Shown here: piece after piece, positions 1-13,323 of the stretch
Layout of the letters: the number at the start of each line of letters is the position of its first letter
Position numbering within the stretch: the stretch's first letter is position 1
Assembly: GCA_030141605.1 (NCBI GenBank)
Contig: JAQGDQ010000012.1
Location: 1-64,000 of the forward strand
Direction of reading: 5' to 3'
DNA: 64,000 bases
Origin: Tubiluchus corallicola
Taxonomy: Eukaryota; Animalia; Priapulida
Made by a program: the position numbers and the translations under genes
Notes under the pieces: generated by a model
The model's database searches: none
What the model saw: only the letters and a program-made list of their open reading frames with translations
What the model was told of the DNA's origin: nothing

Positions 1-105
1 ATATGTTTATTTTTTTAAATTTTACTTACGTATTTATTTTACTAACATATAAGCCGATAGAGAGATTAACTAAAATTGCGCATCGATTGACTGCTAATTA
101 GCAAT

Positions 106-1237
106 TAAGATTTTTCTATAGCAAAATCTTACTGTTTTTCATGGATTTATTATGATTTAGTAAGATTTTGCTATGGCAAAATCTTACTGTTTTTCATGGA
201 GTTATTTATTTATTTATTTATTCTCCGCCACTTTAACTCTTAATAACTCATAAGCCTTGCAAGCTAGGGTCATCAAACTCGCAGGGTTGGTAACCCTGGG
301 CGGGTGACGTACAACAGTGTAGCAACCAGTGACCACTGGTCAAGGCGGGAAGGGCAGTGGACGTCGGTCAGTTTTTCCTTTAGGTTGCATCTCCTCCTAG
401 GGCTTTTAATCTTTTGCAAGTATTTGCGTACTGTGGAGCAGGTGTGCACCTCGGGTTTTAAAAAACTGACAAGCTTTAAACGCCCGAGTGAGGGGCCAAA
501 ATGCAAAATTTTGGGTCCCCCCAATTTGTGACCTTTTACACACTGAGTGCTAGGGACACAAAACTCACAGGGTACATTCTCTGGCCAAAGTTATATGCGT
601 ATAAACGTGACCCGAGTTGCCGGGTCAAAGGTCACGGAGCGAACCCGCGACCCAGCTAGAGGGTAAAATAGGGGTCGAAAAGACAAAGGCCTTCCACTAT
701 CGACCGAAACTAGCTTGTAGTGTATCAAACGAAAGGTCTCGATGAGACAAACCGAATGGTGTAAGTCATGTCGAGACTGGTTGATCTCTGATCCCAGTAG
801 AGGGCAAAAACCGAAAAATGGGGTCGGGAACAGAAATTCGTCGAGTGTCTATGAATAGTATCATGTAGCATATGAAATTAAAGGTCTTGATGAGGCGTAT
901 CGAATGGTATAGATTACAGTGTGAATCGTTAACCTTGTGATCCAGGGTCTACCAAAAGTAGCCTGTTGTCTATCAAATAAAAGGTCTCAATGAGACAAAC
1001 TGAATGATATAAGTTATGGCAAGACTGGTTGACCTTTGACCCGTGGGTGATGGGCTGAATAGTTAAATGCTGAGGTTTCATTGTGAAATGCACTTCCCAT
1101 GCATCAAGCAAGGTGAATTCAATAAAAGAAAATAAGCACTTTCAAGAAATCATCTTGTCATCTTTAAGGGCTAATTTCATAACTATTGTTGCAAAAACTT
1201 TAGTTTCTGACCACGTCAGAAACGTTGTCAACTAGTT
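106..1237 (+). mobile_element. Non-autonomous Helitron/Helentron-like element
   Basis: 5' palindrome TAAGATTTTGC-TATG-GCAAAATCTTA, present twice (~106 and 161). Internal degenerate ~120-150 bp repeats (AAAGGTCTCGATGAG... at ~732, 879, 980). Subterminal GCAAAAACTT at 1191 is an inverted match to the 5' AAGATTTTGC. 3' hairpin GTTTCTGAC-CAC-GTCAGAAAC (1203-1223) is followed by CTAGTT. Confidence 0.55.
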
Positions 1238-1653
1238 ATTATTGTTCTTGCACAAAACCATAGTCGTAGGCAGTGGGAGATTTTTGCCCAGCGAATGTTC
1301 GGATTCGGAGGTAATAAGCTCAGCCGCCTCCAACACAGATCAACTGTAAAACAAATCAAGCAGACTAGCAAACAAATATTTTAAATAAATCTTGAAATAA
1401 GACTGCAATAAACAAATGAGTAGAGAAAAGAATGTATAAACAAAAAAATTATGTCTAATACGCAAGCCTTACTTCTTACAAGTGCTACTAAGGTGCACCG
1501 CAAATAGTGTATCAAGTCAAGAATACCATGGCATACATACATCGTAGCTATACAAGGTGCTAGAAGTGTATCATCTTTCAAATAGTACACTCTTCAAAAC
1601 AGAATTTTTGAAAATTATTCTTTTTGTTATTATAGTGGACTGCCACGTATGTA

Positions 1654-2195
1654 CAGGGTGCTACTATATAACCTTCGACTAGCGGGGTACAAAAACAACG
1701 AAACTGTGTAGAACAATTTATTGACTCAAAATATAGCTGAAGCAACAGAGAACCTACCAAGCCCTTGATTTACTGCACAGGCTCCCTGTGTTTCACACAG
1801 CCTGCAATCTTGATGAGTATAATCGAAGTACCAACTGAAGAGCTGAAGATTCGCCAACACATCTAGCAGATGTCTCACGAACTTTTCTGTTGAATACTAA
1901 TCAATGGCATGTTTTCTAAGATCATCTTAGCCTGTCATACTATCCTTCATAATAGCTCCAATATGAAAGGCAGGGTTGAGGTACAGCGAATTTCGATGCC
2001 ATTCAGTTCAATAAAAAAAAACAACTCCTAAGTTTTCTAGTCGTGTTTGAACATACCCATGCAGGCATGTAAAATACGCGGGGCTTCCAATTAAATACTG
2101 AGGGCATGATATTTAAGCTATACCGTGTAATAAATTGTTCTGTACTATTTTTCGTTGTTTCGCAGTCCCCTAGCATAAGTTTATGTGCCACCCTG
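1654..2195. mobile_element. Tc1/mariner-type MITE
   Basis: Starts CAGGGTG and ends CACCCTG, with TA on both sides. Imperfect ~70 bp TIRs share AAACAACGAAA...AGAACAATTTATT. Confidence 0.7.
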
Positions 2196-2603
2196 TATAA
2201 TCAAAGGAAATGCAACGGCGCCAAAAATCACTAATATTTTATTTTTATACCTACATACAATAGCTGCTGTCTACATTAACCATAACAATAACCATAGGCT
2301 TTGCTTAGTTTTCCATTAACATTCACTTACATGTAGCTCTCCATTTTTTCTAATAAGCATAATACTTGTGCATTATTAAATGTTTGTGACACCTTGTTTG
2401 AGACATATTTACCGTTTCTGCGTTTGTCAATACCGTATTTGTAGGTGCATCGTTAATAATTTATTAGTCCCCTCTTTATAGTAGCTCGCTATTTAATCAA
2501 CGGTACGGGTGATATTATTGTCCGCCTTTTTCGCAAACAACTTATTAATTAATTGTTTAATTAATTGAATGATTCATCCACACGAACTAAGCCACGAAAT
2601 ATG

Positions 2604-3754
2604 CGTTGTGAGAATATGTCTTTATCTCTCGAGTTATCAAGCTGGCTTCCGCAATAAGCCTTTCAGTGTGAATATACCTTTAGTAACTTCTTGAATAGCA
2701 AAGCAATTCAACATTAAGTTAAAGTGATTAAAGTTTTATTTTAACAAGTTCCACAATTTAATCAAAGCTAAAAAGTCACTTTAACAAATCTTTAACTTAT
2801 GAGCTTGTAGGCTCTTACAACTAAAACGGTTTATTCAGAATGATAAACCGACTTGCGATTAAGTAACAAATTGCAATGCTCGCACTTATGGTGCCCAAAG
2901 TTACAAATTAATACAACTAGTATCGCCGTTACAGTAACAGAGAAATAATAGTAAAGTCACTTAACTTGTGGCTTGGCCAACCTAACAACTGTAATTGTTA
3001 ACTTATTGGACCTAACAACGGCCAGATCCAGACTCCTGAACGAGACTCTTAGCATCAGAGGTTTGCTTTTACAAACGACGCAGAATTCTTCCACGCTGAG
3101 CTAAAGACAGTGACTTCTTTCCGAAGATCGTCTCGCAGTTCCACGGCAGCTCTCCTCTCCTCGCAATCCCAGCAACAACTCTCTCCACAGAGCTTGTACA
3201 TACGTTTTTGAATCGATGGTCACTTTGCTTGAGTCACATGGTCACGATGATCACATTTCGTCAGTGACACGTTACAGAGCTCCCATGGCTGCCCATCCAA
3301 AGATGGTACCTCTAATTCTGATGGTACTCGATGTCACCGAGGACAGCGATTTATTGTCTCAGACCTTAGAGCATAGCCGGAGACACTAGACTAATTATCA
3401 ATCGGTGACAATCACCTGTTTTGAACAATAAGCTATTCTGACCAGCAGTCAGCTGAACTAGGAAATTGCAACTCTCCGTACCATCGTGTTTCGAGCTTAT
3501 GTGTGTTAATGAGAGTAGAGTTCATTTATGCAACTCTGCGTTTGTTTAACATTTCTATATTTTACAATTTACCAACCTCCTCTGATACTTTAACTCATTA
3601 AATTCAAGATACAGGCTGAGTGAGTCTCTTATGATCAAATCGCATAAACGTTGTTATCTAATCTATTATGATTGACCTAGTCCCAAACTCTTATCAGTTA
3701 ATTTCTTTAATTAATTTTCTAATTAATTTCTTATTCCAAAATAAATTCACAACA
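2604..3754. mobile_element. Possible solo LTR
   Basis: Termini CGTTGTGA...TCACAACA (TG..CA with one mismatch). Flanks ATATG/ATATT are a 4/5 TSD match. Non-coding interior. Confidence 0.3.
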
Positions 3755-6569
3755 ATATTAGTAACTTACGCGGTATTGTCATAGTGGATCACTTTCAGTT
3801 GAAGTGCAAATTAGTAGCGGTGCGTACAATAACAGACAGTACCATAACGTAACAGTTTGTTTTCTATAGCAGTCTTCTTTATAAAGCGACAATGGTAAAT
3901 GCAGAAAATGTGGTAAATTTCAGTTCATATCTATTTGATCTAACAGAGCGTGAGGTAAACCTCAGCTGCCAACAACAATTTATCGTAGCTAAAATGCATG
4001 TTGTAAGCATTTTTAAAAATGTTTGTTTTACAAATCTCACTACCATAATACTTGTAAAGATTATTTCTGTAAAGGCAGAGACTTGCGTAACCCAATGAGC
4101 GGTTTGTTATTTTTGCCCTTAATAAACGAAAATATTTATTAAAATCTTATCATTTGTTTTCACTATTTTAGATATAAAATGGGAGATTTGCAGACTGTCG
4201 TGACAGTTCACAAGGTGGCTAGGCTACAGAAAATTTTTACACATGTCTGATACCGCACAGCCTCAGGTAGGCACAATAACCACAATTCACCAATTAGGTG
4301 TGTTTATATAACATAATGCACTTTCTATTATGTACGAGATTTTAGAAGTGCGTCTGTTTTCCACGCTTTCCAGGACGAGTTAACCCTCACTTGAAGTTTC
4401 GGTTTAATACAGCTCGAAAGACTGTTTATCTTGCTTCATCTTTATTTATTTGTATTAATTTTATTTCGTACTGACTGACCCGCAAAACACACGAACACAA
4501 AACATTTAAAACAAATAACATTCATAAATACATAATCAAAACTGAGCGGCCTGTTATTAGTAAAAAATTCTCTGTGAATATATAAAAGAGCTGGGAGAGT
4601 TGAAAGAAAGCGCAAGTCACTTAGAATATTGGGTTTATGTTACTGTTATCGCTTAAACTTAGAAAAATATAAGTTTGCAATATATCCACGAAGAAATTTG
4701 CAAAAAATATCCATAAACAATGAACTTAATTTATACTAGCCTGTACAGAAATTTCAGGCACGGTGGTTGCCGCAATTCACTTCAAAATTGTGAAGTAACT
4801 GGTGAACTTTGTAACTTTACGTAAGCGCATCGTGGCTTTCCGTATGCATCGTGCGTGCTGCTTAAACTAATTCTAACTTCTGCAGCTTACTTAATGTTCA
4901 TACTTAAATGTCACAAAATTAGCTGTCTAATTTTTTGTAAATTCTGACATTTTTTTTCTAAATTTTGACAATGCTGTACTTTTCGTGGAAATTGACAATG
5001 AGCTGCTTTTCTTCATTGGTGGAAAAATGGGCATTTAAATATTTAAACGAACACAACCAAGAGCGAATAAATGATCGCAACTTTAAGGTGATTTTGCTAA
5101 TTACTTGAGGCACTTAATACACTTTTATTACTAAATCTTTATAACTTTTTTCAAACGTTCAAATAAGCCTAACTTCCTAGAAGGTTGGCCTTTCCTTTAG
5201 TTTTAAGGTGGCTAGGCCTGTCTGTGCAATAATATTTACAAAGTTGTGAATTCACAAAGTGCAATGTCCTGGCGGAAGAAGCTAAGCACGAGCATAGAAT
5301 GATGCAAATAAAAATAATGATAGATTCGCTAACATCCGAAGAACACTTTAAATTTTTAAAAATTCCTAGCAGTATGTTGTGTCGATACTGTAGCCACAAA
5401 AACTAATTATGCCATCGAACATAGTGCGCATGCTGTCAGGACGTGTAGGCCTACAGAGAGTCAATTATTTTAGGTCGAATCCAAGGTGGAATAAGATGGT
5501 AGACGGTAAACATGCTGAAGCGCCTAATTTTTTCTCTTTGCTATGGGCACAGTATGGTAAGCCAAAAAACTGGAATTTAATGCTGATAATAATGAGGCGT
5601 AGCGTTGTGCCTTGTAGGTGTATTGGACGATGACAGCACCAGATGCTAAAATTCAGAACGTAGGAGTTTGGGTAATAGAAATTTGATTTGTGATACACCG
5701 TTTAATTGAAGTAGAATATAATTAATTTTCGCAAAAGTAGCAAAATTAATTATTTTATCGAAATTACGGGTATCTCCTCTCAGTTATGGAGCGTCGAGAG
5801 GATATTTTGCTCCGCAATCGGCACGACATACATAAATATAAAACTTCCTACCTCTAAACTTCTAGACTGTATTAACTGTAATATAAGCAACATCGTCCGC
5901 ACATTGCTTGGAGATTAAAGCTGAAGGTCTCCGGAATATACCATAATTATATTAAACTAGTGTATTTGGTCTGAAGTTTTCTGGATTAAGATTTGTGCTG
6001 GTATGGCCCTCATTTCTCCACAAGATACATAGTTATCGTATGTCTGTGTCTATGCCTATCATAGTTACAGCAAGATGAAAAGCAAAAAGGACGGGGTTCA
6101 TACAATCCCCTTGAGGTACACTGATATGTTAGAACAGAATGGCGGGCTCATCCTTCCTTCTTATCGAACTTGGATAGTGAGAACCCTTTCCAATAATAAA
6201 TTTCGAATCAGTAATAAAAGTAACAAAGTGTGCAAAAAACTTAATTTAGTTCTCAGATAACGATCAAAAACTGTACATGTAGAATGGCCACTAATTTACT
6301 AGTGAAACTGTAGTGACTGATTTGTGTAACTAAAATCATGAATCACATTAAAAATATATGTAGTTTGGCGTACTTAGCAGTTTAGTGAATATACTCTTAC
6401 ATACTATTTTTAAGCGATATGTTTCAGACTGGTTATTGTTTTTCACGTTTTAAATTGTATGTTTATAGCAATCTTCGAAGTTGTATTTGACAACTCGTTA
6501 AACTTAAAGGATGCCAGATATCATAAGTACTTACTTATACAGGCCGTGCTAACAACTAATGTTGTTCTG

Positions 6570-6742
6570 ACTACATGATATTTCCAATGTACTACATGAT
6601 ATTTCCAATGTTGATTGGAAATATGATATTTCCAATATTGACACCAATGTTGATATCCAATATTTCCAATGATTCAAATGTTGATATCCAGTGTTCTACA
6701 TGATATTTCCAATGGTGTTCTGACTACATGATTTTTCCAATG
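6570..6742. repeat. Degenerate minisatellite, ~19-30 bp unit (CTACATGATATTTCCAATG)
   Basis: Repeated ATGATATTTCCAATG motif visible directly. Confidence 0.8.
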
Positions 6743-6949
6743 ACAAAGAGCAAAAGTAATTGGGGCTTTGACTTATTCGAATTCGTAATAATATTTATGA
6801 GATAAATAAATAGTGTTATAATAAATGTTATAAAAAATAATAATAAAAACGTGTTTGAATGGAATTCGAACGTTCGATTGTGTACTAGCTTCATAGCATG
6901 AATTAACAGCTAGTGTTCGTATTTCTGAGGGCAAAGCTATACCATTGAA

Positions 6950-7841
6950 AGGCCTAGAAGATCACAACTGCACAATTCTTGATCCTGAGTTAATACCGAA
7001 TGAAGTAAGACAAGAACACAGTTACAGCTCTCTACAGTAGTAAAGTAGTAAGTAATGAAGTAAGTAAACTACTATGTCTATGCAGTATGCTGATGATGTG
7101 GCATGGATTACAAGAAACAAAGAAGAAATAGATGAAATAAAAACTCAATAGAAGAGAAACTGAACAGAATGGATCTCGTTGTAAACAAAAATAAAACTGA
7201 AGAGTTTCACATAACACGCCATGGTGATGAATCATGGCAAAGATGCAAGTATCTCGGTAGTCTGCTAGCAACAGAAGACGACATATCAAGACGGAAGATA
7301 ATGGCATTATCAGCTTACTCAAAACTCACAAAAGTTTTTGATAATAGGAAGATTTCTTTGGAAACAAAAATTAGAATATTCACAGTCTTAGTTGAAACTG
7401 TATTTCTGTATAACTCTGAGCTCTGGACATTAAAAGCAAATCATAAAGCTGAAATCGATGCGTTTCAAAGGCGAAATTACAGAAACATTTTGGGTATTAG
7501 ATGGCCAAAGAAAATTTCAAACAAAGATCTATATGACAAAATAAAAGAAGAACCTTGGGCAAGAAAAATAAAAAGACGCCGTTTATGATGGATTGGGCAT
7601 ATGCTTAGACTACCTGATGATATTCCAGTGAAGATAGCTCTTCAACAAGCCATAGAACCAGCTAAAAAACCCGCAGGAGGACAAATGTTAACATATTTAG
7701 ATTTTGCACAGAAAGATTTAAGCACTTCAGCATTGATCCTTAGAAATAAATGCACTTGGGGCATTGCGGCAAGCAGGGAGTCCTGGCATAGGGAGGTGAG
7801 CAGAATCATGTCCCTGGACGATTCATTGGATGATGATGATG
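6950..7841 (+). mobile_element. 5'-truncated, disrupted RTE-clade non-LTR retrotransposon (RT C-terminal part)
   Basis: QYADD at ~7083, CKYLGS, FLYNSELWTL, FQRRNYRNILGIRWPKKISN, RRRL*WIGHMLR. Contains a frameshift and stops, and ends in a (GAT)n tail at ~7829-7841. Confidence 0.85.
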
Positions 7842-8303
7842 TACTGCTGTGCTTTATTTATAAAGTCAAACTCAAAGTTGTGAACCCACTTTATCATAAA
7901 ATTGGTTGAAGAGAGACACAATTTTAGTATTTGGCGCATATAAGAACTTTCCATGCGGGATTGGAGAACACCTAATGTAATGTAAATTAAGGCCCGAATT
8001 TTTTACGCTAAATTAAAAATATGAAAGGGTGTACGACAAGCACATTGGGACGTTCTATGGGTAGAGTACATAAGCCAATTTGGCCAGTATCTCAAGTTAA
8101 AACATTACCACGAATTGCTACATAAATATTTTGCACACGACAATTTACGCGTGATTATCCGCATAGCTATTAATATCTGTATATACATATCCGTATCTCC
8201 GTCTGAGCCTAATGCACCTACACATCAGCACTTGCATTTGTGTCTGTAACACTGCCGTATCCGATCGTGTATCTTTTTCACAGTAAGTTACTTAACGGCT
8301 GGA

Positions 8304-9308
8304 CTAGTGAATAAAACTTCGCCACATGGATTTCAATCTTTTCTTAATTGGAGGTATCCTTGTGGCACAAATTATGGAGTTAATTAAGGAGTTTGTAGAT
8401 ACAATCAGCAAAAAGATTGGTTGAAGAAAGTAATAGCGATTAGTGAAAGCTATTCCACCAGGGACTGCAATAGATGAAATAAACACAATTTGAGGCAACC
8501 AGAGAATGACGAACGTACCAACCACAAGAATGATTGTGATAAGTGCTTTGCTGTTCGAGCCCATTGAACTGTTGCTTACCATTTTGGCTTTGACCTCTTG
8601 GCTGCGCTTGACTGCAAGACATATTTTGACGTAAAGAGTCACGGATATAGCGATAGGCATAAAGAACAAAACGGCTGTAACGTATCCATGGCTTGGCGTG
8701 TATGGACCAATCAGACAAATGTAGTTTCTGAAGAATTCATCTATGGAGACACACACATGATTTACTTGGTTCCATCCAGAAAGCGGGGGTAAGACAGCAT
8801 ACGTAAAAGACAGGATTACAACAAGTGGCAGTACAATCATCAACACACGAGGAGGCATGTCTGCCGAATATGGATGGAGTATTTTAACATAACGATCATA
8901 TGAGAGCAGCATGATACTATAATCAGATATCAGAAATCCTCCAATCATAAATGCTTCACATGTCCAGCACCACATGCCGCCAGTTTTTGGCAATATATCT
9001 AAGCCTATCAGAAAAAACTTCAAAATACAGCTAATGCCAATGGACGTGTCACCCATTGCTACACTTGCTACAATCATGAGGGAACTGCAAATTGTTCTAG
9101 CGGTGATGATGCACGCAATGACCAAGAGACTACCAAAGACGATGAGGCAACCAAGAGATAAGAAACATGAATACATGTAAAAAAGGTACACATGTAAGTC
9201 GGGATCATCCGCTGCACCTTTTGCTAATTCGAAGTAGTTCTTTGTAAATAAGCCGTCCTTTTCAACATCAAATGACGAACAGTTATTGTCGTTGAACAAA
9301 GTACCCAT
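8304..9308 (-). CDS. Intronless class A (rhodopsin-family) orphan GPCR, 334 aa, adenosine/melanocortin/GPR119-like sequence pattern
   Basis: Seven hydrophobic segments. TM2 SVAMGD, TM3 SYDRYVKILHP, TM5 LYVKI, TM6 FVILWLP, TM7 NSLINSIIC, N-terminal glycosylation sequon NCS. First ATG at 9308 (MGTLFND); the track start at 9383 is a non-ATG codon. Confidence 0.9.
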   Translation of the reverse strand: MGTLFNDNNCSSFDVEKDGLFTKNYFELAKGAADDPDLHVYLFYMYSCFLSLGCLIVFGSLLVIACIITARTICSSLMIVASVAMGDTSIGISCILKFFLIGLDILPKTGGMWCWTCEAFMIGGFLISDYSIMLLSYDRYVKILHPYSADMPPRVLMIVLPLVVILSFTYAVLPPLSGWNQVNHVCVSIDEFFRNYICLIGPYTPSHGYVTAVLFFMPIAISVTLYVKICLAVKRSQEVKAKMVSNSSMGSNSKALITIILVVGTFVILWLPQIVFISSIAVPGGIAFTNRYYFLQPIFLLIVSTNSLINSIICATRIPPIKKRLKSMWRSFIH

Positions 9309-11623
9309 TATTCGGAATGTTTTTGGTAATTCAAATTTGGAAATCTGTAGTATTTCAAAAAATATTCTTTTGGCAATCAGCACAGCATAGTTTCTGTAAA
9401 AGCGGGCACAGAAGTGAAACTAATAGAAGTCACTTGTAATATGCAACGCCAATAAAGCTATGACAGCAAAAGAATTATGTCTGTGTAATGGCTATATAAT
9501 TGGTTAAGTCAATCTTAATTCGCTCACTGCAATTATCTACGTCTACATACACAGCAATAGTCCATTTACGAACATCAGACGTTCTTTGCAGATTGACTAA
9601 ATACTCTTTTGACTGCGCTTGACCAGCTGCATCCCACTTCCCAGATCAATAGATTTTGTCCACTCTGTAAATTCAGACGTGTTGTGCTGACGACGGCACG
9701 TCTTATTTAATTGACAGAAACAGGAAAGGAAATGGGGTCAATATCACAGACGCCGCAAAACAGTGAAGACAACATCAGACTAAAACAATAGTAGATTTAG
9801 AAGTAGTAGATTGAGATTTACATGAAATACGTTAACAGGAAAAATAACTTTAATGTAGAAAATCGAAAAATATTGCACCTCATTGTGATAGCTAGTCAAG
9901 ACCGATATTTTCGTTTTTCAGCCTGGCTTTACGTTGCTTGAATGCAGTTTCCGTATATCATCTGAATAGACAACCGCAATTCAGCAAAGTTTAACAGGTT
10001 CTTTTCCAGCTGATCCATAATGAAGCCTCGAAATAACAACGCACCTCAGTTACTTTCAGCACTTTCAAAAACTCAAATAAAAGTGTAATATGCGTGCGTC
10101 ATATTTTAAACATATGTACTGTCATTGTTTTTTTGTTTAAATCTGTAGTACTGGCATGGTAAACTCTTTAGTCAATTTAATGTTCCCACACTTTTCTGAC
10201 AATAATATTCCAATGCACACTTTCTCCATATTTCAGAAATTCAAATAAGAATGAAACGTTGTAAAGGCTGTCCTCAAAAAATAAACAGTAACGTTGACGT
10301 GCGTATAGCGCAAAATGCGCTATACTAGAAGGTATCTTTAAGCTCAGAAAAATTGATTAACAGTAAAAGGGCTTTCCCGTTATTGCTACTAGGATTAGAA
10401 AATATGTTATCTGGGTCAGGCTTCTTTGACGCATGCGTTCAAGTTTAATAATATTCCTTCAAAGCTGTTGTATTAGATCTCGTTTGTTTGTTAGTTAGTT
10501 CACTTTCTCACTTGTCCGTTTGTTGCTTGCTCTTTCAATTGTTTGTTTAATAATGTATCTGCTTGCTTGTTAGTTCATTACATAATTCAATACAGTCTCA
10601 AGAAGGTATAAACAAAATTATTTTACTTCATATATTTCATTTAGCGCCTTGCAACGAAAAACAAGGAGCTTTCGCTTTTAGAATAACAATCTGTAATTTT
10701 CAAAATATACAACACGCCAAATGGACATTATAATGCTCGTAATCGACGTACACAGCATTTAGACAACTACTGTAAGACACAAAGTTAAAGATCAACCTAC
10801 CAAAACTGGTTGCATTGCTATCGTGACTGTCACAATCGAATGAAGTTGTATTGTTTTGCATAGTTCTATCAACAGATTGGCCAAGTCGTCAGACACTTAA
10901 CTATAACAGCTTTCGTGTGATTTCTCAATCTACAAATCAGCAGTTGAACGAGCAAACATGTTCGGATATAGAATAAATGCAACGCTTTTTATTTGGTATC
11001 TATAGTAATTATAATATGCTCAAGTATAGAGTTAGCAAATAAGAGCATAAGTGCACACGCAGTTACACTTATTTATGGCGAATCTACTCCAAGAGCCGTT
11101 GTCACGTCCAATTGCACGAGGAACAGCCAAAAACCAATGTTACATTACTATCAGTACTACCCCAATAAGGTTCTATTTGTTGTTGTGCGTAATTTTTTAC
11201 TCACTCAACTCAAACGTTTTTCTAGTGATGAAATTTCCTATAATAAGACTTGGTGTACGCCTACAATGACATGCAGACTTGGTGTAACAATAGATAAAAT
11301 GTTTTATATCATCATTTAAATGGGCCTTGTCCTAACCGATAAATGATGCTGCAAGAGAGAAACCAGGTAGAATATGATTCTATTTAATAAAGTTTTCATC
11401 GCTTTTTTCTCAAAGAATAAAATTAAAAGAAAAACAGTCATCGGCGTTTTTAACTTGTTGTCAACTCTGTATGTTAATTTAATTTGTAGGTTTTTTCAAA
11501 AAGTTTGATTCAGGTAAGTTTTCTAAGTATATGCTTACAGCATCCAGAGGTAGACGCCTAATAAAAATATCTTGAGAAGAAAAGTAATGAAATTGAAAAC
11601 TTTATGAAACCCGACTTAAAATA

Positions 11624-11845
11624 TCTATCTATCTGTCTGTCTGTCTGTCGGTCTGTTTGTCTGTCTGTGTGTCTGCTGTCTGTCTATCTATCTGTCTGTC
11701 TGTCTGTCCGTCCGTCCATCCATCCATCCATCCATCCATCCATCCATCCATCCATCCATCCATCCATCCATCCATCCATCCATCCATCCATCCATCCATC
11801 CATCTATCTATCTACCTACCTACATACCTATCTATCTTTCTATCT
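11624..11845. repeat. Compound tetranucleotide microsatellite (TCTG)n(TCCA)n(TCTA)n
   Basis: Directly visible. Confidence 0.95.
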
Positions 11846-13323
11846 TTACTTCTTGGCTTTAGCCTTACTTACTATTGTTATATATATGATGCAGCATTGT
11901 TCATGCTGAGCGAGAAAAGAAGAGACTGCTTAATGAACATATCTGCACAATTAGCTTTGAATCCAGAAGGTTGTGAATGCAGACCACCATGTCACGAAGT
12001 GAGCTTTGATCAAACTGTGACATAGTCAGCGATTTCAGACATAAGTAGATTTTTTTCTGATTTCCTCCTGATAAAACCATTTTCCAGGGATACAAATCCA
12101 ATTCTTGCCATTGAAATCAAGAAAGAAATGTCGTATGTGTGGTGATTCAATTTTTGACGACCAAGAGTTCACTTGTCATAAGTTTTACAAATCTTTAGTT
12201 GGGTCTAGGGGTGAGCATTCTGTACCAGAAAGCAAATTCAAATCGAATTGAATTTTCTGACTATCGAACTCCAATCAAACCGAATTTTGAGATTTCGGAT
12301 CCGAATCGAATTCGAATTCAGTTTTAAAGATTTTCGAATCATTAATGAAACTTGGTCTCACAAAGATCACGGATATTACTTCATTTTGTTCTGTAGTAAA
12401 AACACCAATAATTTGTTTAAAAATTGTGCATAGAAATTGCAGCAAAACTCAAGGTGGTTGTATAATGTTTCAAATGTTTTGACGTATGTAGTTGAAGTAC
12501 TGAATTATTCGAATCTATTGTTTTAGGTTCTAGAACTGAATTAGAACTAAAAACCCGTTCGAATCGAATAGGACAAGTGTTCATTTTTGTCATAAATCAA
12601 CACAAGACCAGGATCTGTAACGGCAATAAGTACTTAGGAACATCTTTTCAAGTAATGGTATAGATGGTGATTATAATTATTTTCAGTCGACTTCTTTCGT
12701 TTTATATTAGAGCAATAGTCTTGTAAGCATTTCTCACACTGTACAACTGATGTAAAACTACCGACGACCTCCTGCTTTTCGTTGTTTTATTTTTGTATGC
12801 TAAGCACTGAAAATATTACGCGAAAAATTTTATAAGTTGAGAATTTCGTTTTACACTGCTGTGGTAAAATGTTTGAAGTATAGACGTGGACCTCGAGCCT
12901 CAACAATCTGTGTAGATATCGAATTTTAAACTCTGTCTGTATTTGTTTGTCTCGTGCTGTTTTTCACTCTGATGTTTTTATATATGCTCAGATATTTCTG
13001 CACACTAGAATGAAATTTTAATGTACTTATAATAGGAACTATATATGCCTACGAGCTGACATAAAAATAATAAATAAGTAAATAAATAAATTAAGCTATT
13101 GCTTGATTTTTATTCTTCTTACGGTAGTTCCAGTTTTTATAAGCATCGATGACGCAAAATGCGCAGACAAAATCCTGAATTTGTTTTTGTTGAGCCTAAC
13201 GACAAAAGTTCACACTACACTACAAAAGATGTTGGTACCATATTTGTTGCTTCATTTATTGTTGCTTACTCCTTGAGTAATTTAGTTGTTGCTACTTCTT
13301 CAACTGCTGCTTTTGCAGTTTCT

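Noticed and set aside
6570-6742. Repeat array as a possible CRISPR
   Set aside because: No unique spacers, irregular period, no cas genes, eukaryotic context.
9309-9383. 25-aa N-terminal extension of the GPCR in the ORF track
   Set aside because: Starts at a non-ATG codon. A splice acceptor near 9394 suggests this is 5' UTR.
11604-11909. ORFs with (SIHP)n repeats
   Set aside because: Translation of a TCCA/TCTG microsatellite. Only the 3' end of 11657-12025 overlaps the ENaC relic.
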